Positions 1-14,652 are shown, counted from the first letter of the stretch. The stretch is DNA of 63,352 nt from Paraspadella gotoi (GCA_051294375.1 CM119266.1:15797417-15860768); one strand, 5' to 3'. Numbers and translations are program-made. Notes: a model not told the origin generated them from the sequence alone.

Positions 1-1288
1 GCCTGTGATTTGATTGATCAAAAAAATTCTGTCCCCGCGGACGCAGCTGCATACGGATGGCGGATGGGATGGCAAAAGTCGAGCGGATGGCAATGCGAAA
101 GTGCCAATAGTAAAAAATGGTAACGATGGCTGATTGAAAAAGGTAAAAAATGTTTCTACTATTAAGTGGACCATTTTTAGCATATAATTTCTTATTTGTT
201 GATGTATCTCCGCTCAATCTTACGACTCCACCCACGCCGAATGTTTTTTTTCCCATGAAACATTTATAAATCATTTGTTATTAACCATTTTCGTGTCAAT
301 TGAGTTCTAAGCTCAAGGATTGCGGGAAAAATTCTAAACGGAGCTAAGTCGGTAAAGCTTATCGTGATTCGCGTAATGAAAATGATAATTCGTTAAAAAA
401 AGTAAAACCTAAGCTTTTTTCTTTTTCTTTCTTTCTTAATTCTTAACTTTTTTTCTTTTTCTCCCTTCATTCTTTTTCTATCGCTTTCCCTCTTCTTTCT
501 CGCGAGTATGATTTTAATCACGTCAAAAGAATGGAATATTTCATCTGATTAAATTCTAGAAAGATTCTTGAAACTCGTAATAGAAAAAAAAAAATTTAGA
601 AATCACTCTCGTCTTTGAATGAAACATGATTGGCTTATTAGTTTCATTTCGCGGTTTACACAGCTGCAATTTTTCCCTATCGACCGAAGGAAAAAAAAAT
701 TCTGGGAAAAAAAATTCCCTTTTTTTTCGCTTTCTCTACTTCACGAATTTTTCTTTACTTGAACGTACTTCGATTTAAAAAAATTATCTGTTAAACGATT
801 TCGTAATAACATAAATCAAAAAATATTTTTTGAAATAGAGACTCTATGTCTTCCAGATGTTCTTCTCAACTTATAAAATAACTTTACAACAATAAATTGG
901 AAATGAAGGCTTCGTGAAGGATTCTCTTTGTGAAAAAAAAATATGAATAATTGCAAAAAATGTAAAATGTTACAGGAGGCGGGCATAATTTTTGTAGTTA
1001 TAAGACACATACTTGGGCCGATGAAAAAAAATGTTTTATAAAAAACGAATCGAAAAGAAAGGTTGTCAGATGGAAGAAGAGCGAGAAGAATAAGAAAAGG
1101 TATAAATTTTATCGTAGAAAAAAAAACGTTCAAGGATAAAAATGAAGAAAAGAAAAAAAGAAAAGGAAAATAAAAGGAAGGAGAAAATTTTTGAATTGGA
1201 GATTTTCGAAAAAGAATCTCGTCGGCAGAAGGTGAAGAAAATACCTCGCCGGAAAGAGAAGAAAAGAGAGAGAGATTGTTGCAGTTAA

Positions 1289-1321
<33 letters not shown>

Positions 1322-1598
1322 CTTCTCTCTCATGTCTCTCTTCTCTCTTCTCTCTCTCTCTCTCTCTCTCTCCCCTCTTCCTCCTGCCCCGGTGAAAGAA
1401 CGAGCCTCCTCCTCCTCCTCTTCACCAAGATTCAGAATCACAGATTGATTCAATTCATGGGGAGAGAGATGGAGGAAAGGGAGGAAAGAAAAAAAGAAAA
1501 GAAAGAAAATTCACCGGGAATTGGAGGCAGCCTGGCAGGTAAATCCTATGGGAGGAAGAGGAGCGAAGACGGAATAAAATATGGAATTCATAACCACA

Positions 1599-1631
<33 letters not shown>

Positions 1632-2101
1632 TTACATCGTCGTCGCTTTCTCCCCGTTTCCGGCGTTGATGCTCCTGGTAAGGTCTTTCGTGTTTGGGTG
1701 AGGAAGAGAGAAGCGCAGAAATGACGTCTTTATCTCGCGGGAGTTTGACGGGGACGGCAGAGGGGGTAGCGGAGGTGGGAAAGTGGAAGAGGAGGTGGTC
1801 GGTGGTTGGAGGGTGGTAAATTGAAAGAAAGAGGAAAAAGGAAAGTAAAGACTCTAACTATCGAAATTAAACGAGAGGTAAGTTGAAAGAATCAAAAAAG
1901 GCGGTGCGTGTCAGAGTTTGGGTTTTAACGAGGAAAGTTAAATCCCCGAATAAAGACCGCGGAAAAGGGTAAGTAAACAGTTTGGAGAACGAGGTAAGTA
2001 AACGAAGGGTGAGAACCGGTGCCTCGTGTGGACAAAGGCTTAACTTTCCGCCGAACAAATACGACGAGAGGGAAGAAGACAAGGAAGAGGCAGAAGAGGA
2101 A

Positions 2102-2137
<36 letters not shown>

Positions 2138-5100
2138 AGAAAGAAAAAGAAAGAAAGAAAGAAAGAATTAAGAAAGAAAAAGATAAGAGCAGGGCAGAAT
2201 AAAGTACAGAAGAATGAAGTGGACTCAAAGTTTATTCTCTCTCTCTCTCTCTCCCTCTGCTCTTCTCTCTCACTCTCTCTCTCATCTCTCCCCTCGTCTC
2301 CTCTCTCTCTCTTCTCTTCTCTCTCTCTCTCTTTTCTATTTTCTTTTTTCGAAATAAAATTCAAATGCGGATTCACCGTCGCTACGCAACGCGTGTGACA
2401 AATCCAGGTCCCCCTTCACTAAAAGGAGAAACGAAAAAAAAAAAACAGAAAAAGAAAGAGAATAAAAAAAAGAAAGAAAGAGGAAGAAATAAAAATTCTA
2501 ACTCGGTCGCGTTTTTATCTCTTTCCTATTTCCATTTTCGAGTCTTGGTATGAGGATTTTTAACCGGATATTTTTTTTCGGTCGTCGTCGTCGTCGTCGT
2601 CGTCGACATACGCGAAAACGAGGCTGCGACGAAGGCTCCTTTTTTCGGTAGGTGAGAGGGGAAGGTGAGTTGAGTTGAGGAGAGGTAAGTAACATAGGGC
2701 CAAAAGAGGAGATATACTATGCTTAGAAGAATAAAGAACTATGCAGGGAAAAAGGTAAGAAGAGAGTAATGTGAATGAGACCTCTCAAACCTCTCTAATA
2801 CGTCAAAATCCTTAAACGACCCAATGGTACCCGTGCATCACCATCTCAATGCCGCAAACCACGTATGCAGCAAATACCGTAAATGCCATTTCCCGGGACC
2901 CGACAACTCCTTCTTACTTCACCCCATGAATTCGGTGCCCGAAATCGGCACCTGGATCGCGATGGAATTTCAGGTTTTGAGAAGAAAAAAAAAGCAAAAC
3001 AGAATTTTTTTTCGGGGCACCGGCCGGGTTCCTGTGAGAGTCGGGGGCGAGAGAGAGGAAAGGAAAAGGAGCAAAGGAAAGGAGGATGAAGGAAAGGAAG
3101 GAGAAATAAAAGGAGTTTATTAAAGTAATACAATTAGAGTAGAAATGTTGTAGAAGACTAATTGAAAAGACTAAAATACTGTATGTTCCCATTAAAATGC
3201 GTTTAAAATTTCAATAAAATTAAGAAATGACTTGTTCCATAATTTGAAAAGTGGTATTTTCAGGTTTTGCTTTTCTCTATAAACTACATAAACAGCAACA
3301 TCAACATCAACATCAACTGCATCGACAACAATTCTCTTCTCTTCATTTTCTTCGTTCGTTCGACGTGAAAAAAACGTTCACCANNNNNNNNNNNNNNNNN
3401 NNNNNNNNNNNNNNNNNNNNNNNNNNNNNNNNNNNNNNNNNNNNNNNNNNNNNNNNNNNNNNNNNNNNNNNNNNNNNNNNNNNNNNNNNNNNNNNNNNNN
3501 NNNNNNNNNNNNNNNNNNNTCTCTCTCTTTTTCTTTTCCCTGTCTCTCTTTATCAACAAATATGTCAAGTTCAGGTATGAAAGGCTACAAAAAGCGGCGA
3601 AAAAAAAGGACAAACCGGAGCTTTGTTAATCTTTGTTTACTTCTCTTTCTTTCTCTCGCTTCCTTTTTATTCTCTTTCTATTCCTTTTTTTATTTTTTTT
3701 CTCTATTTCCGTCGGGTTACCCTTGCACCGAATTTTTTTTTTTTTTCGATTTAATTTTGCCCTCATTTTTTTGGCCGCTACGGTTCCTGTTTTGGTGATT
3801 ATTTTTGGGCCAAAAATTGCGAAATAGACCGTTTCTTGTTTCGACGGTGGACGCAAACGAAGGGTCTCTTCATAAGCCACCCCCCCATCTCCTCATCTCT
3901 CTCTCAAACCTATCTCATCTCTCGTCTCATCCTCTCCTCTCTCTCCCTCTGGCTCAAGTATTTTCATCGTTCATGTCACTTCCTTTTTTTTCATATTTGG
4001 TCTTGTCTTTTTTTTCCTTTAACTCGCCGCCGATCCTTCGTTTGCAATCGGAAGCTATGGTTGCACTTATTGTCAAATTTGCGTACTCCCTTTCTTTTTT
4101 TTTTCTGCCATGTAACTATTTTCTCCTTTTATTTCAAGTTTGTGTATATCTCCTCTCTCTCTCTCTCTCTCTCTCTCCTCCTCTCTATCTCTTCTCTCTC
4201 TCCTTTCCAACTGTCAAAAACACGTGACAAAATTGGTTGACCAAATGAGCGGCTCCCGTCACCGACGTCGTCATCGTTTTCATTCTCTTATTTTGAAATT
4301 ACCGCGCCATTTGGTCAAGAGCGATCAAAAACTTAACTCACTTTTAGCAAGAGAGGTAAGTAAACTATCCTCCTCCTGTGATTGGCCGAACCTCTCCTTT
4401 CCTTGCCCGTGATTGGGCAGTAATCGTTCGCGACGAGAGTTCCGATCACTTTCGCTGATTTTCTAGGTTGGAAACCGCAGGTAAGCGACAGATTGCGGAA
4501 GAGGAAGAGAAGGTAAAAGAGGAGGAGAAGAAGAAGCAGGAGGAGGAGGAAGAGGAGGAGGAGGAGTTTGCTGGCAGGCAAACGAGAACGACGGGGTTTC
4601 CGACGCCGAATCTGTTACCTTATTTCTCGTCTACTTTGTCCCCCGCGGGTTTTTTTTTCGGTTCCAGGCCTCCGCCTCGAGCCGGAATAGCCTCCCTCCG
4701 TTTTCTCTCTTTCTTTTCGACCCTCCAATTTATCTTCTATTCGTAACAGCGTCGGAAAGGAGGCCCGCGTTACAAACATAAGAAGAATGGTTCGTCTCAG
4801 GACAATGCGGCGTCCCCCTCGGGCTCTTTGCTTCCCTTTGTGATGCTCGAGTCAAGTCATAATCACTATCACAATCGTCGTCGTCATCGTCGTCGCCGTC
4901 GTCTTCTTCATCGTCGTAAACAACGAAATCGAAAAGCCGAACGACGGACCAATGGGAAGGAAGCGATCGTCTCAACTTTTTCGATCGACAACGTTTCTCG
5001 ACCAATCACAGTCGAGATTTTGGACGGTTCGAGGGGCGGCGGGTGGTAAGAGGGAGGGGGTGAGGATTTGTAACCGTGACTGTCAAAATGAAAAAAAAAA

Positions 5101-5320
5101 GTGAAAAATTCGATTTGAATGGAGTCGGGTCTCTCTCCGTTCGTGAATCGAGGCCGGTGTCGCGAGCCCCATGGACCATGGGTTGTCACAGTTTTCAGGG
5201 AAATTATGGAAAGTAGGAAACGAAGATTCCGTAACGAGCTAGAGTCGAAATTTTCGTTGCGCCTTTGAGCGCAGAAGTCAATATAGAATTATCAACAACG
5301 ACAACGAAAGGAACAACAAA

Positions 5321-5369
<49 letters not shown>
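5321..5369. repeat. (GAC)n microsatellite
   Basis: Pure GAC run. Similar runs at ~1600, 2581, 15672, 45144 and 45310. Confidence 0.95.
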
Positions 5370-5370
<1 letters not shown>

Positions 5371-6469
5371 AATTTATCCCCCATTTTTATTTCGTCGCGA
5401 ATCGAAAAAAGTTTTTCGCTTCATTCACCGCAACGAATCGAACAAAAGCGCAAAAAAACCGATATAAATATTAAACAGAAGTAATAAAAGGAGAAAATAA
5501 TAAAAAGAATTAAACGAATTTGAAATAAAGGAGTTCGTTTCCACTGAGGAAAAAGAAGAAACATTTTTCAGAGGGGGGGGGGAGTTAAGAATTAAAGGGA
5601 GAGAATAAAAAAAGAAGGAAAATTAAGGGGAAGGCGAAGTCGCGAAAAGACGTGATCCACTTTGGCTGCGATTTCCTCGTCGGCGGATAAATAAAATCCT
5701 TTCGGGTTAAGGGGATGAAAGGAAAAGAAGAAGAAAGAGAGAGAAAATAAAAAAAAAGGTTTACGAAGAAGAAATTGAAAAAAGAAAAAGAGACGAATTT
5801 TATTATTATCGGCGAATGAAAAAAAAAAAGGCGAAATCTTGTTTCGTCGTCCGCGTTAGTGTAAGGTTTAAAAAGGCGCGGGGGGAATTATCCGGGCGAA
5901 GCCTCGTTCTCGTTGTCGTCGTCGTTGTTATCGTTTCTATGGTCGTTCTTGTCGTCGGAACACGGTTGATCTATATTCAGGGTTTTGTTCGTATTTTTTT
6001 TTGGCTTTTTCTCTTTTTTTGGGTTCATTTTATTTCCGCATTGAGAAGCGAACATTATTAATTCAAGCGAAACTAAAATGAACATCGCCGAGCAATAACT
6101 GTTCGTTTGGCGATGTATTTCTTTTGTGCTAAAATTTAAACATGGGTTAGAATAAATACATGGAAGGAACAAAGGCACAAAGAAACTAAACAATGATCGA
6201 AGTAAAGGCGAACATAAGTCAGTCAACTATATAGGGGGGAAACAGGTACAGGCGAACAAACAGAATAAAAATCGAGTTACAAGCTTTAGCGAAGGCAAGC
6301 AATTAATCCCGCTTCGGAGCAAACAAGCAAACGAGTTGAAACCTGCAGGACCAGCAGACCGACGGGGAAAGGAAAGGAAGGAGGGCGACCAGCAGATCGG
6401 AAAATCAAATGCAGGTCGAAAGATTAAACGCCGAGAGAGAGGGGAGAATGGAAGCGAGCGAGAGGGAAA

Positions 6470-6895
6470 AGGTAAAAGGAAAGAAAGCAAAGAAAGAAAA
6501 CAAGAAGAAGAGAAGAAAGAAAAGAAAAAAAAGAAAGAAAAGAACAAAAAGAAAGAGAAACGAAAAAGAAAAGACCGAATGAAGAAAAGAAAAAAGAAAA
6601 AGAAGAAGAAGAGATTAGAAAGATTATATAAGAAAGAAAAGAGCTAAGAAAGAAAGAAAGAAGAAGAAGAAAGAAGGAATGAAGAAAGAAAAAAAGAAAA
6701 AAAAGAGAAGAAAGATAAGAGAGAATAAAAAAAAAGAAAGTAAACAGAAAAAAAGAAAGCATATAAGAAACAAGAAAGATCAAGAAAAGAAAGAAAGAAC
6801 AAGAAAAGAAAAGAAAAGAACTAAGAAAAAGTATAAAGTGCAAAGCAAAACTGAAAAAGAAAAAAAGATTCAAAAAGGAAATAATCAAAGAAAAA
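6470..6895. repeat. Low-complexity A/G-rich polypurine tract
   Basis: About 425 bp of AAAG/AAG-like sequence. A similar tract lies at ~24260-24490. Confidence 0.9.
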
Positions 6896-7678
6896 TGCAG
6901 GCAAATAATACACCGTACGCTTGAAAAACAAATACCTACACAAACCCAAATCGCAACACGACGATCTCATACATTTATTTTCTCTTCTAAATACTTACAC
7001 TACAATCGTTCTCTCTATCCTTTATCTCGATCTTTCCCCTTCTTTATTTCCTTTCCCTTCCAGTTCACTACTTTTTTTACACTTTCGTTCTCCTTAGTCT
7101 AAGCCATTCTTACTATTATTTTTTTATTTCTTTCTTTTCTTCTCCTCACCCTACCTTTCTCTTCCTCCCCATCCTTGTCTTCTTCTTACATTACTACTCT
7201 TNNNNNNNNNNNNNNNNNNNNNNNNNNNNNNNNNNNNNNNNNNNNNNNNNNNNNNNNNNNNNNNNNNNNNNNNNNNNNNNNNNNNNNNNNNNNNNNNNNN
7301 NNNNNNNNNNNNNNNNNNNNNNNNNNNNNNNNNNNNNNNNNNNNNNNNNNNNNNNNNNNNNNNNNNNNNNNNNNNNNNNNNNNNNNNNNNNNNNNNNNNN
7401 NNNNNNNNNNNNNNNNNNNNNNNNNNNNNNNNNNNNNNNNNNNNNNNNNNNNNNNNNNNNNNNNNNNNNNNNNNNNNNNNNNNNNNNNNNNNNNNNNNNN
7501 NNNNNNNNNNNNNNNNNNNNNNNNNNNNNNNNNNNNNNNNNNNNNNNNNNNNNNNNNNNNNNNNNNNNNNNNNNNNNNNNNNNNNNNNNNNNNNNNNNNN
7601 NNNNNNNNNNNNNNNNNNNNNNNNNNNNNNNNNNNNNNNNNNNNNNNNNNNNNNNNNNNNNNNNNNNNNNNNNNNNNN

Positions 7679-8402
7679 CCCCCCCCCGAACAAAAATGTC
7701 GTGGGCGTTACAAACTTGTCCCCCATTAGCGAGTCACGTTTCTCGCGGTCGTAAAATTGGGACGACGTTTGATTGGACGATCGTTACTCCACCCCTACTC
7801 TCGAAACTCTCCGATTGGCTGAAATGAAAAGATACGGGACGAATTTCTATTGGCTGAATATCGGGGGGGAAAAAGACGAACTTCCTTTTGGTCGAAACTT
7901 GTCCCCAAGAAGGTGAGCTAATGTTCGTTTTTAGTTTTGTATCTTTCTTTACATTTCTTTGTTTATCTCCGTCTCCATGACGAAGAGAAGATGTAGATGC
8001 TTATCGAATCCATTCAGCGCACGCGGCCTCGCGGGGTGACGTCGTCGTCGTCGCCGTCGTCGTCGCCGTCGTCGTCGTCGATGATGACTCGAGAGATAAA
8101 GACCATCGATTCAGGTAAAAGGGACCTCGAAACGATGACGACCGTAACACCTTCACTACGATCACATGTGTGACGCGTTTCGTCGATGCTAAAAGTCTTT
8201 ATTTCCTCTCGACCGCGGCGAGTGACTCCCGATGACTTCTTCGTGGGACCAGATGTTCACTTCTTCCGTCGCGAAGGAAAAAAAATGAGAGAAAAAGTTG
8301 AAACAATAATCACGAAAAATTGGATTACGGTGAGACAGAGAACAAGGTGAAGAGAGAGACAGAGATGAGCTCCTTTCTGCCTTCTGTCTCTTTTTTCTGC
8401 TT

Positions 8403-8465
<63 letters not shown>

Positions 8466-9563
8466 TCTCTCTCTCTCTCTCTCTGCCTCTCTCTCTCTCT
8501 CCTTCGTTTTTACGCTCCCTCCGTCCTTCCCTTGTTCGCGTAATTTTATGACGGAAAAGATACATAAAAAAAGGTACATGAGCGACGCGCGGAATAGAAA
8601 ATTCAAAAAAAAATGAAAGGAAGAGATATATACGCAAAAAATGGGGAAAAATGAAAAAAAGAAAGAAATTAAAATAAAAAAACTGATAATAAAAAGCCGG
8701 TCGTAAAGTGAACCACCTTTATGGCTTATATCGAGTGTGGTGGGAAAAGCGGAGGACGTTCAGCGGGGAGCAACTAATGACGCCAACAACTAAGACAACA
8801 ACAACCAGAACGACAACAACGAAAGTAACGCCCTCGAAAAAAGACAACAATGGCGCCGGAAGTCGTGGGCGACGCTTTAAATGGTTCTCCTTTCCAACGC
8901 AGGTTCCTCTCTTGACGTCGAGGAGTTCTTTTGTTTCGATTCCAGGTCTCACGTTATTGATTGAAGAGTATCTATTATTGTTTTAGTATATTTAAGTACA
9001 TAAGCGACGACTGGCTACGTCGATCGTTTCATTTTATACTAAAACTAAGCAAAGGAGGAGACATTGAATTCGCAGACATCAGGGATGTCAATGAAAGAGA
9101 TTGGCTTCGGAAAGATCGACAATTGACATCGATGGAAATCCCCAAGGCCTCCGTTTTTCTTGCTCTTGGACGTTAAAACGAGGGAAATATATACATAAAA
9201 AAAATAGAAAATAAAAAAAAAATATATATCATTTCTTTTTCTGTCAATTTTCGCGGCGACGCAGTGACATTTTGACGACGAAAGAAAAACCCGAAGGGAG
9301 AATTGGAGAAGAAGTCGAGAATCACGTGACTAAATCGCCTCTCGACCGACGAACGAAATCCAATTCCAGATCCCATTCTTTTTTCTTTCTTTTTTTTTTN
9401 NNNNNNNNNNNNNNNNNNNNNNNNNNNNNNNNNNNNNNNNNNNNNNNNNNNNNNNNNNNNNNNNNNNTGAAAATTTCTGTCCAAAAATTTTAAAATCGAT
9501 TCGTCGACTTCATTTCTTTCTGTCGCTTTCGCCACTTCGTCTGTCGAAGCCGAAACCTTGAGG
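7679..9563 (+). repeat. Copy 1 of a ~1.9-kb segment present three times
   Basis: Starts CCCCGAACAAAAATGTCGTGGGCGTTACAAACTTGTCCCCCATTAGCGAG and ends GCCGAAACCTTGAGG. It recurs directly at ~11180-13296 and reverse-complemented at ~21565-23612. Confidence 0.95.
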
Positions 9564-9870
9564 TGCACGCAGGAAACCAGGGTAAATACCGACTACAATG
9601 AATAGGCAAACGTCTTATATATATAGAAAAAGAAATAGGAAAGATATAGATCTTAAGTACAAGAGTAAAATGAAAAAAATATTATCGAAAAGAACAAGAG
9701 CGAAAAGAGAAAGAAAAAGAAAAGAAAAAGTCATCCCATCATTCCCAACCCTCTCCCACGCGCGTTCTAATGAAAAGATGAACCTGTTCAAATTTGCATC
9801 GAATAGGAAGAGAAGTGGAAGAAAAGGTTGAATTGGAAAGGGAATTCAATCCCCAGCCGTCTCTCTCTCT

Positions 9871-9940
<70 letters not shown>

Positions 9941-12065
9941 CTATTTTTATTTTGGTTTTTTCTTTGCACGGGTAAAAGCAAACAGGGTGAATGAGAAAGG
10001 GAAGAAAAAGATATTATCTCGGTGCCAATCGTACCTTTGGTTCAACCACGATTATTGCGGGATTATTTTAATTCATATTTCAAAGCTAAAATATTTGTAC
10101 TCATTACTACACAATGTAATCTCAAACGCCAACAAAAATAACAGAATTTAATATATCCGTAAGTTGAAAACGAGAAGATATAATAGAGAGAAGAGATGGT
10201 TTGAGATTAAGATTCCAACCCTTATTGCGCCTTCCTTATTTGGAGTCTCTTACCTGTGATAACAAGTCATCTTACTCGAGAGTCTCGCTATCTCAGTGCA
10301 TGATGGCTTCTCGAACTCTTCGTCTCTGAGACCTCTCGATCCTCGATCTTCTCTGACTCTGCGCTGCTCTGGCCTCTCTCTTCATCTTCCGTCTGATCCC
10401 GCTCACGCTCGACCAAAGAATTCTACTTGAGTGGGCGGATCGGCATGATCGAGCCCTTCTCTTCGGGCTTCCCTCCCTCTTACTCAAACCTCTCGAGCAG
10501 ATGCCGCACGGTTCCGGTCCCGACGAGTAAGTGGCGGTCAGGTACTGAATTATAAGATGAAAGAGGAAAGCGAGGAGGATTTTTTAGTTTTTTTGTTATT
10601 TTTTTTTTTTGTTCTATCTTTGTAGATGAGATTTAGGATGACTGGAAATATTCGAAGAGAGCGAGGAGATGACTGAGGAGAGGAGGGGTACCTCTCCTCG
10701 CGTTCTGCGAGATGACTGATGTCAGGAACTTTCTCGGGACTTTTTTTTTCCCCCCGGCTCGGGTCAGAGCGTGCGCGATCGTGATACCGCCCCTTTTTCC
10801 GGTTCACGCTCTGCTGCATCTCATTCTCTCATGTTACTGCTGTCATCTCTCGTGCTCCTCTGCTCTGCATTCGTGCTCTCTGCTCTACTCTTCTCTACTC
10901 TCTTCTCTCGTCTCTCATCGGTCTCTCTGCTCCTTCCTTCTCCTCCTCTCGACTTTTGTCGACTGCCTTAGAAGTAGTTCGTACGTGATGCCGGGATTAT
11001 TAAATTGTGGAAACGATCTTCGTATAATTACATTTTCTCGTTCGACTGAAAAAAAGGAATGTCGATTCCGCATAGAACTGCGACTCACCTCACGAACAGT
11101 TGTTGAGTCAGCGACAGAAGTCTCACCCCCCACCCAGACGCCCTACCCCCCTAATCCGATCCCACACTACCCGTACCCGCCCCCCGACGAAAAAATAGTC
11201 GTGGGCGTTTACAAACCTTGTCCCCCATTAGCGAGTCCACGTTTCTCCGCGCGTCGTAAAAATAGATGCGTGACGATGCAGTATTGGACTTGACGATCCA
11301 GAGCAGGTACTCCTACCCCTACCTCGAAACTCTCCGATTTGCTGAAATGAAAAGAATACGGGACGAATTTCTATTGGTGAATATCGGGGGGGGAAAAAGG
11401 ATCGAATTCCTTTTGGAGTCGAGAACTTGTTGTCCAAGCAAGGTGAGCTAATGTTTCTTTTTTAGTTTTGTATCTTTCTTTTACATTTCTTTGTTTATCT
11501 CCGTCTCCTATGACGAAAGAGATGTTAGTATGCTTATCGACCATTCACGCGCACGCGGCCTCGCGGGGTGACGTCGCGTCGCCGTCGTCGTTCGTCGATC
11601 GTCGTCGTCCGTCGTCGTGCGTCGATTGATGACGCGGAGAGATAAAGCACACCATCAGATTCAGGTAAAAAGGGGACTTCGAAACGATGTCGACGTAAAC
11701 AACCTTCACTTACTGAATCAATGGTGTGACGCGTTTCGTCCGATTGCTAAAACGTCTTTATTTCTCTCGACCGCGGCGAGTGACTTCCCGGAATGACTTT
11801 TCGTGGGACCCAGATGTTCACTATCTTCCGTCGCGAAGGTGGAAAAATAAAAAATTGATCGGGGAAAAAAGTCGTGTGATACACACAATAATCAATCCGA
11901 ACAAATATTGGTTACTATGGACGGTGTCGAGTGACAGATGAAGCATTAGGAAGGTCGGTAGTGAACGATGAGAATGTACTACTTTGCAAACAGAACCATG
12001 ATGTCTCGCTCTCCTTCTTCTTCTTTTCTGCTCTCAAGGTCTCTCTCTCTACTGCTCTCTTCTCT

Positions 12066-12111
<46 letters not shown>

Positions 12112-14076
12112 TCTCTCTACTCTCTCTCTCTCTCTCTCTCTTGCCTCTCTCTCTCGCTCTTCGTTTTACGCTCCCTCCGTCCTTCCCTTGTTCGCGTAAA
12201 TTTTATGACTGGAAAAGATACATAAAAAAAGGTACATGAGCGACCGCGCGGAATAGAAAATTCAAAAAAAAAATGGAAAGGAAGAATATATACGCAACAA
12301 AAATTGGGGAAAAAGAAAAAAAGAAGAAATTAAATAAAAAAACTGAATAATAAAAAGCCGGTCGTAAAGTGAACCACCATTTATGGGGGGCGGGGGTCTT
12401 ATATCGAGTTGTGGTGGAGAAAGCGGAGAGACGTTTCAGCGGGGAGCAACTAATGACGCCAACAACTAAGACAACAACAAACCAGAACGGACAACAACGA
12501 AAGTAACCCCTCGGAAAAAAGACAACAATGCGCCGGAAGTCGTGGGCGACGCTTTTAAAGGTTCTCCTTTCCAACGGCAGGTTTCCTTCTTTGACGTCGA
12601 GGAGTTCTTTTTGTTTCGATTCTCAGCGTCTTCACGTTATTGATTGAAGAGTGTCTATTATTGTTTTAGTATATTTAAAGTACATAAAGCGACGACTGGC
12701 TACGTTCGATCCGTTTCATTTTTCATAACTAAAATAAGCAAAGGGAGGAGACATTGAATTCGCAGACATCAGGGATGTCAATAAAGAGATGTGCTTCCGG
12801 AAAGATCGACAATTGACATCGATGAAATCCCCAGGCCTCCCGTTTTTTTGCTCTTTGGACGTTTATAAAACGAGGGAAATATATATACATAAAAACAAAA
12901 TAGAAAATAAAAAAAATATATTTATCATTTTCTTTTCTTCGTCAATTTTCGCGGCGCGACGCAGTGAACGTTTTTGAACGGAAACGAAAGAAAAAAACCG
13001 AAGGGAGGAATTGGAGAAGAAGCTCGAAGAATCACGCGAACTAAATCGCCCTCTCGACCGACGAACGAAATCCAATTCCAGATCGCCATTTTTTTTCTTT
13101 CTTTTTTTTTTTCGGTCAGCCACTTATCGATTCTACGCACCTTAAACGGTTCCATATATTGACCACCCTCTAATACGCGACGGGATCGAGATTTGAAAAT
13201 TCTGTCCAAAAATTTTTAAAATCTGATTCGTCGACTTCATTTCTGCTTTTCTGTCGCTTTCGGCCACTTCGTTCTTGTCGAAAGCCGAACTTGAGGGAAA
13301 ATTGTCTCTCTGTCGGTGTCTTGTCGTCTGTCTTCTCTCTTCTCTCTCTCGTTCTCTCTTCTCCTCTCTCTCTCTCTCTCTACTCTCCTGCTCTCTCTCT
13401 CTCATCTCTCTCTCTCTNNNNNNNNNNNNNNNNNNNNNNNNNTCTCTCTGTCAAACTCAGTGACAAAAACCCTTAGTTGCAGTTTCGTAACGTCGTCGTC
13501 TATCGTCTTCGTCGTCGTCGTCTATCGTCTTCGTCGTCGTCGTCATCCGCCGTCGCGGTGACGAATAAACAATTCGCGGTTGAACCCAGTGACAGGTTGA
13601 GGCAAATGGAATATGGAGGCGCACATACGAATCGCGGCATTTCAATTTCGGGGGCGGTGAGGGTTTTTGAGATTTTCACAGGATGTGAAGGATGTGAAGA
13701 CTTTGTTTTGTGAAAAGGGAGGGGGAGGATTTCTAAGGTTTGACGAGGGACGTTACGCGTCGCGGGTCGTGGTTTTTGTTGGAGTAGTTAGTTAAATGTT
13801 AAGTTTGGCAATAAAATTAGACTTTTTCCAAGAGAAACTATATTTTAAAGATATTTAGAGACTAATGCGAATTACCTGAGTAATAGGAAACTATGAAAAA
13901 TAGTAAAAGATAGAAAATTGGACTGGAATAGCAGATATCCGTTTCTCCGTTTCTCTGGCTCATTCCTTGACCATATTATAACGACGAAATAACTAAATCA
14001 AGTAAAAGAATTTAATGTCATAAAGATTCAAGATATAAAAACAAGAAATGTTATTGTACAAAAAATAACACGCGAG

Positions 14077-14652
14077 CTAAAAAATACGAAAACAAATTGA
14101 AAACGAGGCTAAGACAAGAGGGAAGCGCGAGGAGGCTATTTCCTGCGGGAAAATCCCCGGCGACGAAGAAGGCGAATCCCTACGCATCGACGGCCGCCGA
14201 TTGATATGCAAAGCCGCGATTCCGGCTTCATAAGGTGTTGCCGACGCCGCCGACGCCGCCGACGCCGCTACGGTCGCCGACGCCGGTTTCGTCACCGCCA
14301 TATTGGGTGCCTGACGCAGGTCAAAACAAACACGACGACGCCGGATGGGTAGAAAATCTGGCGATGGAAAGGGAGCGGCGCCGGTGAATCTGTGATGACG
14401 CCACGTGGCGCGGTTTAAGGCGTTGAGGTGACGCCGGTGGCGCCGGTGGTTTATTTCCAGGGGCCATGAGGTTTTCGTCAGTGGGATTGGCCGACGTCGC
14501 AGGAAGTTACCGGGTCGAACGGAACGAGCGCCACGCGGATGGCGCGTTTGACGCCTGTCTAGCGTTTCTGACGTACTGGCGTTGCGCCAACCGAAAGCGT
14601 CACCTTCCGAGGAAGAAACCGGAAGCCGGAAAAAAGCGCCTACGTGTCGCGC
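14077..14652 (-). CDS. Candidate terminal exon, hypothetical protein fragment (191 aa, no recognised domain)
   Basis: Pyrimidine tract ending CCGTAG|, then a stop-free frame ARHVGAFFRLPVSSSEGDAFGWRNAS...MAVTKPASATVAASAAS...FRIF*. An in-frame 72-nt upstream exon candidate lies at 14917-14988 (CAG|...AAG|GTAAAT). The region is GC-rich, so the open frame could be chance. Confidence 0.2.
   Translation of the reverse strand, partial: ARHVGAFFRLPVSSSEGDAFGWRNASTSETLDRRQTRHPRGARSVRPGNFLRRRPIPLTKTSWPLEINHRRHRRHLNALNRATWRHHRFTGAAPFPSPDFLPIRRRRVCFDLRQAPNMAVTKPASATVAASAASAASATPYEAGIAALHINRRPSMRRDSPSSSPGIFPQEIASSRFPLVLASFSICFRIF

Noticed and set aside
2824-2975. Non-repetitive island with open frames on both strands
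   Set aside because: The frames are short, with no motif and no consistent splice pair.
10254-10545. Minus-strand exon with CxxC (PCGIC) and a CAG|GTAAGA donor as a ZEB zinc-finger exon
   Set aside because: No C2H2 spacing, the frames stop early, and 10270-10400 looks like an error-ridden read of a CT microsatellite.
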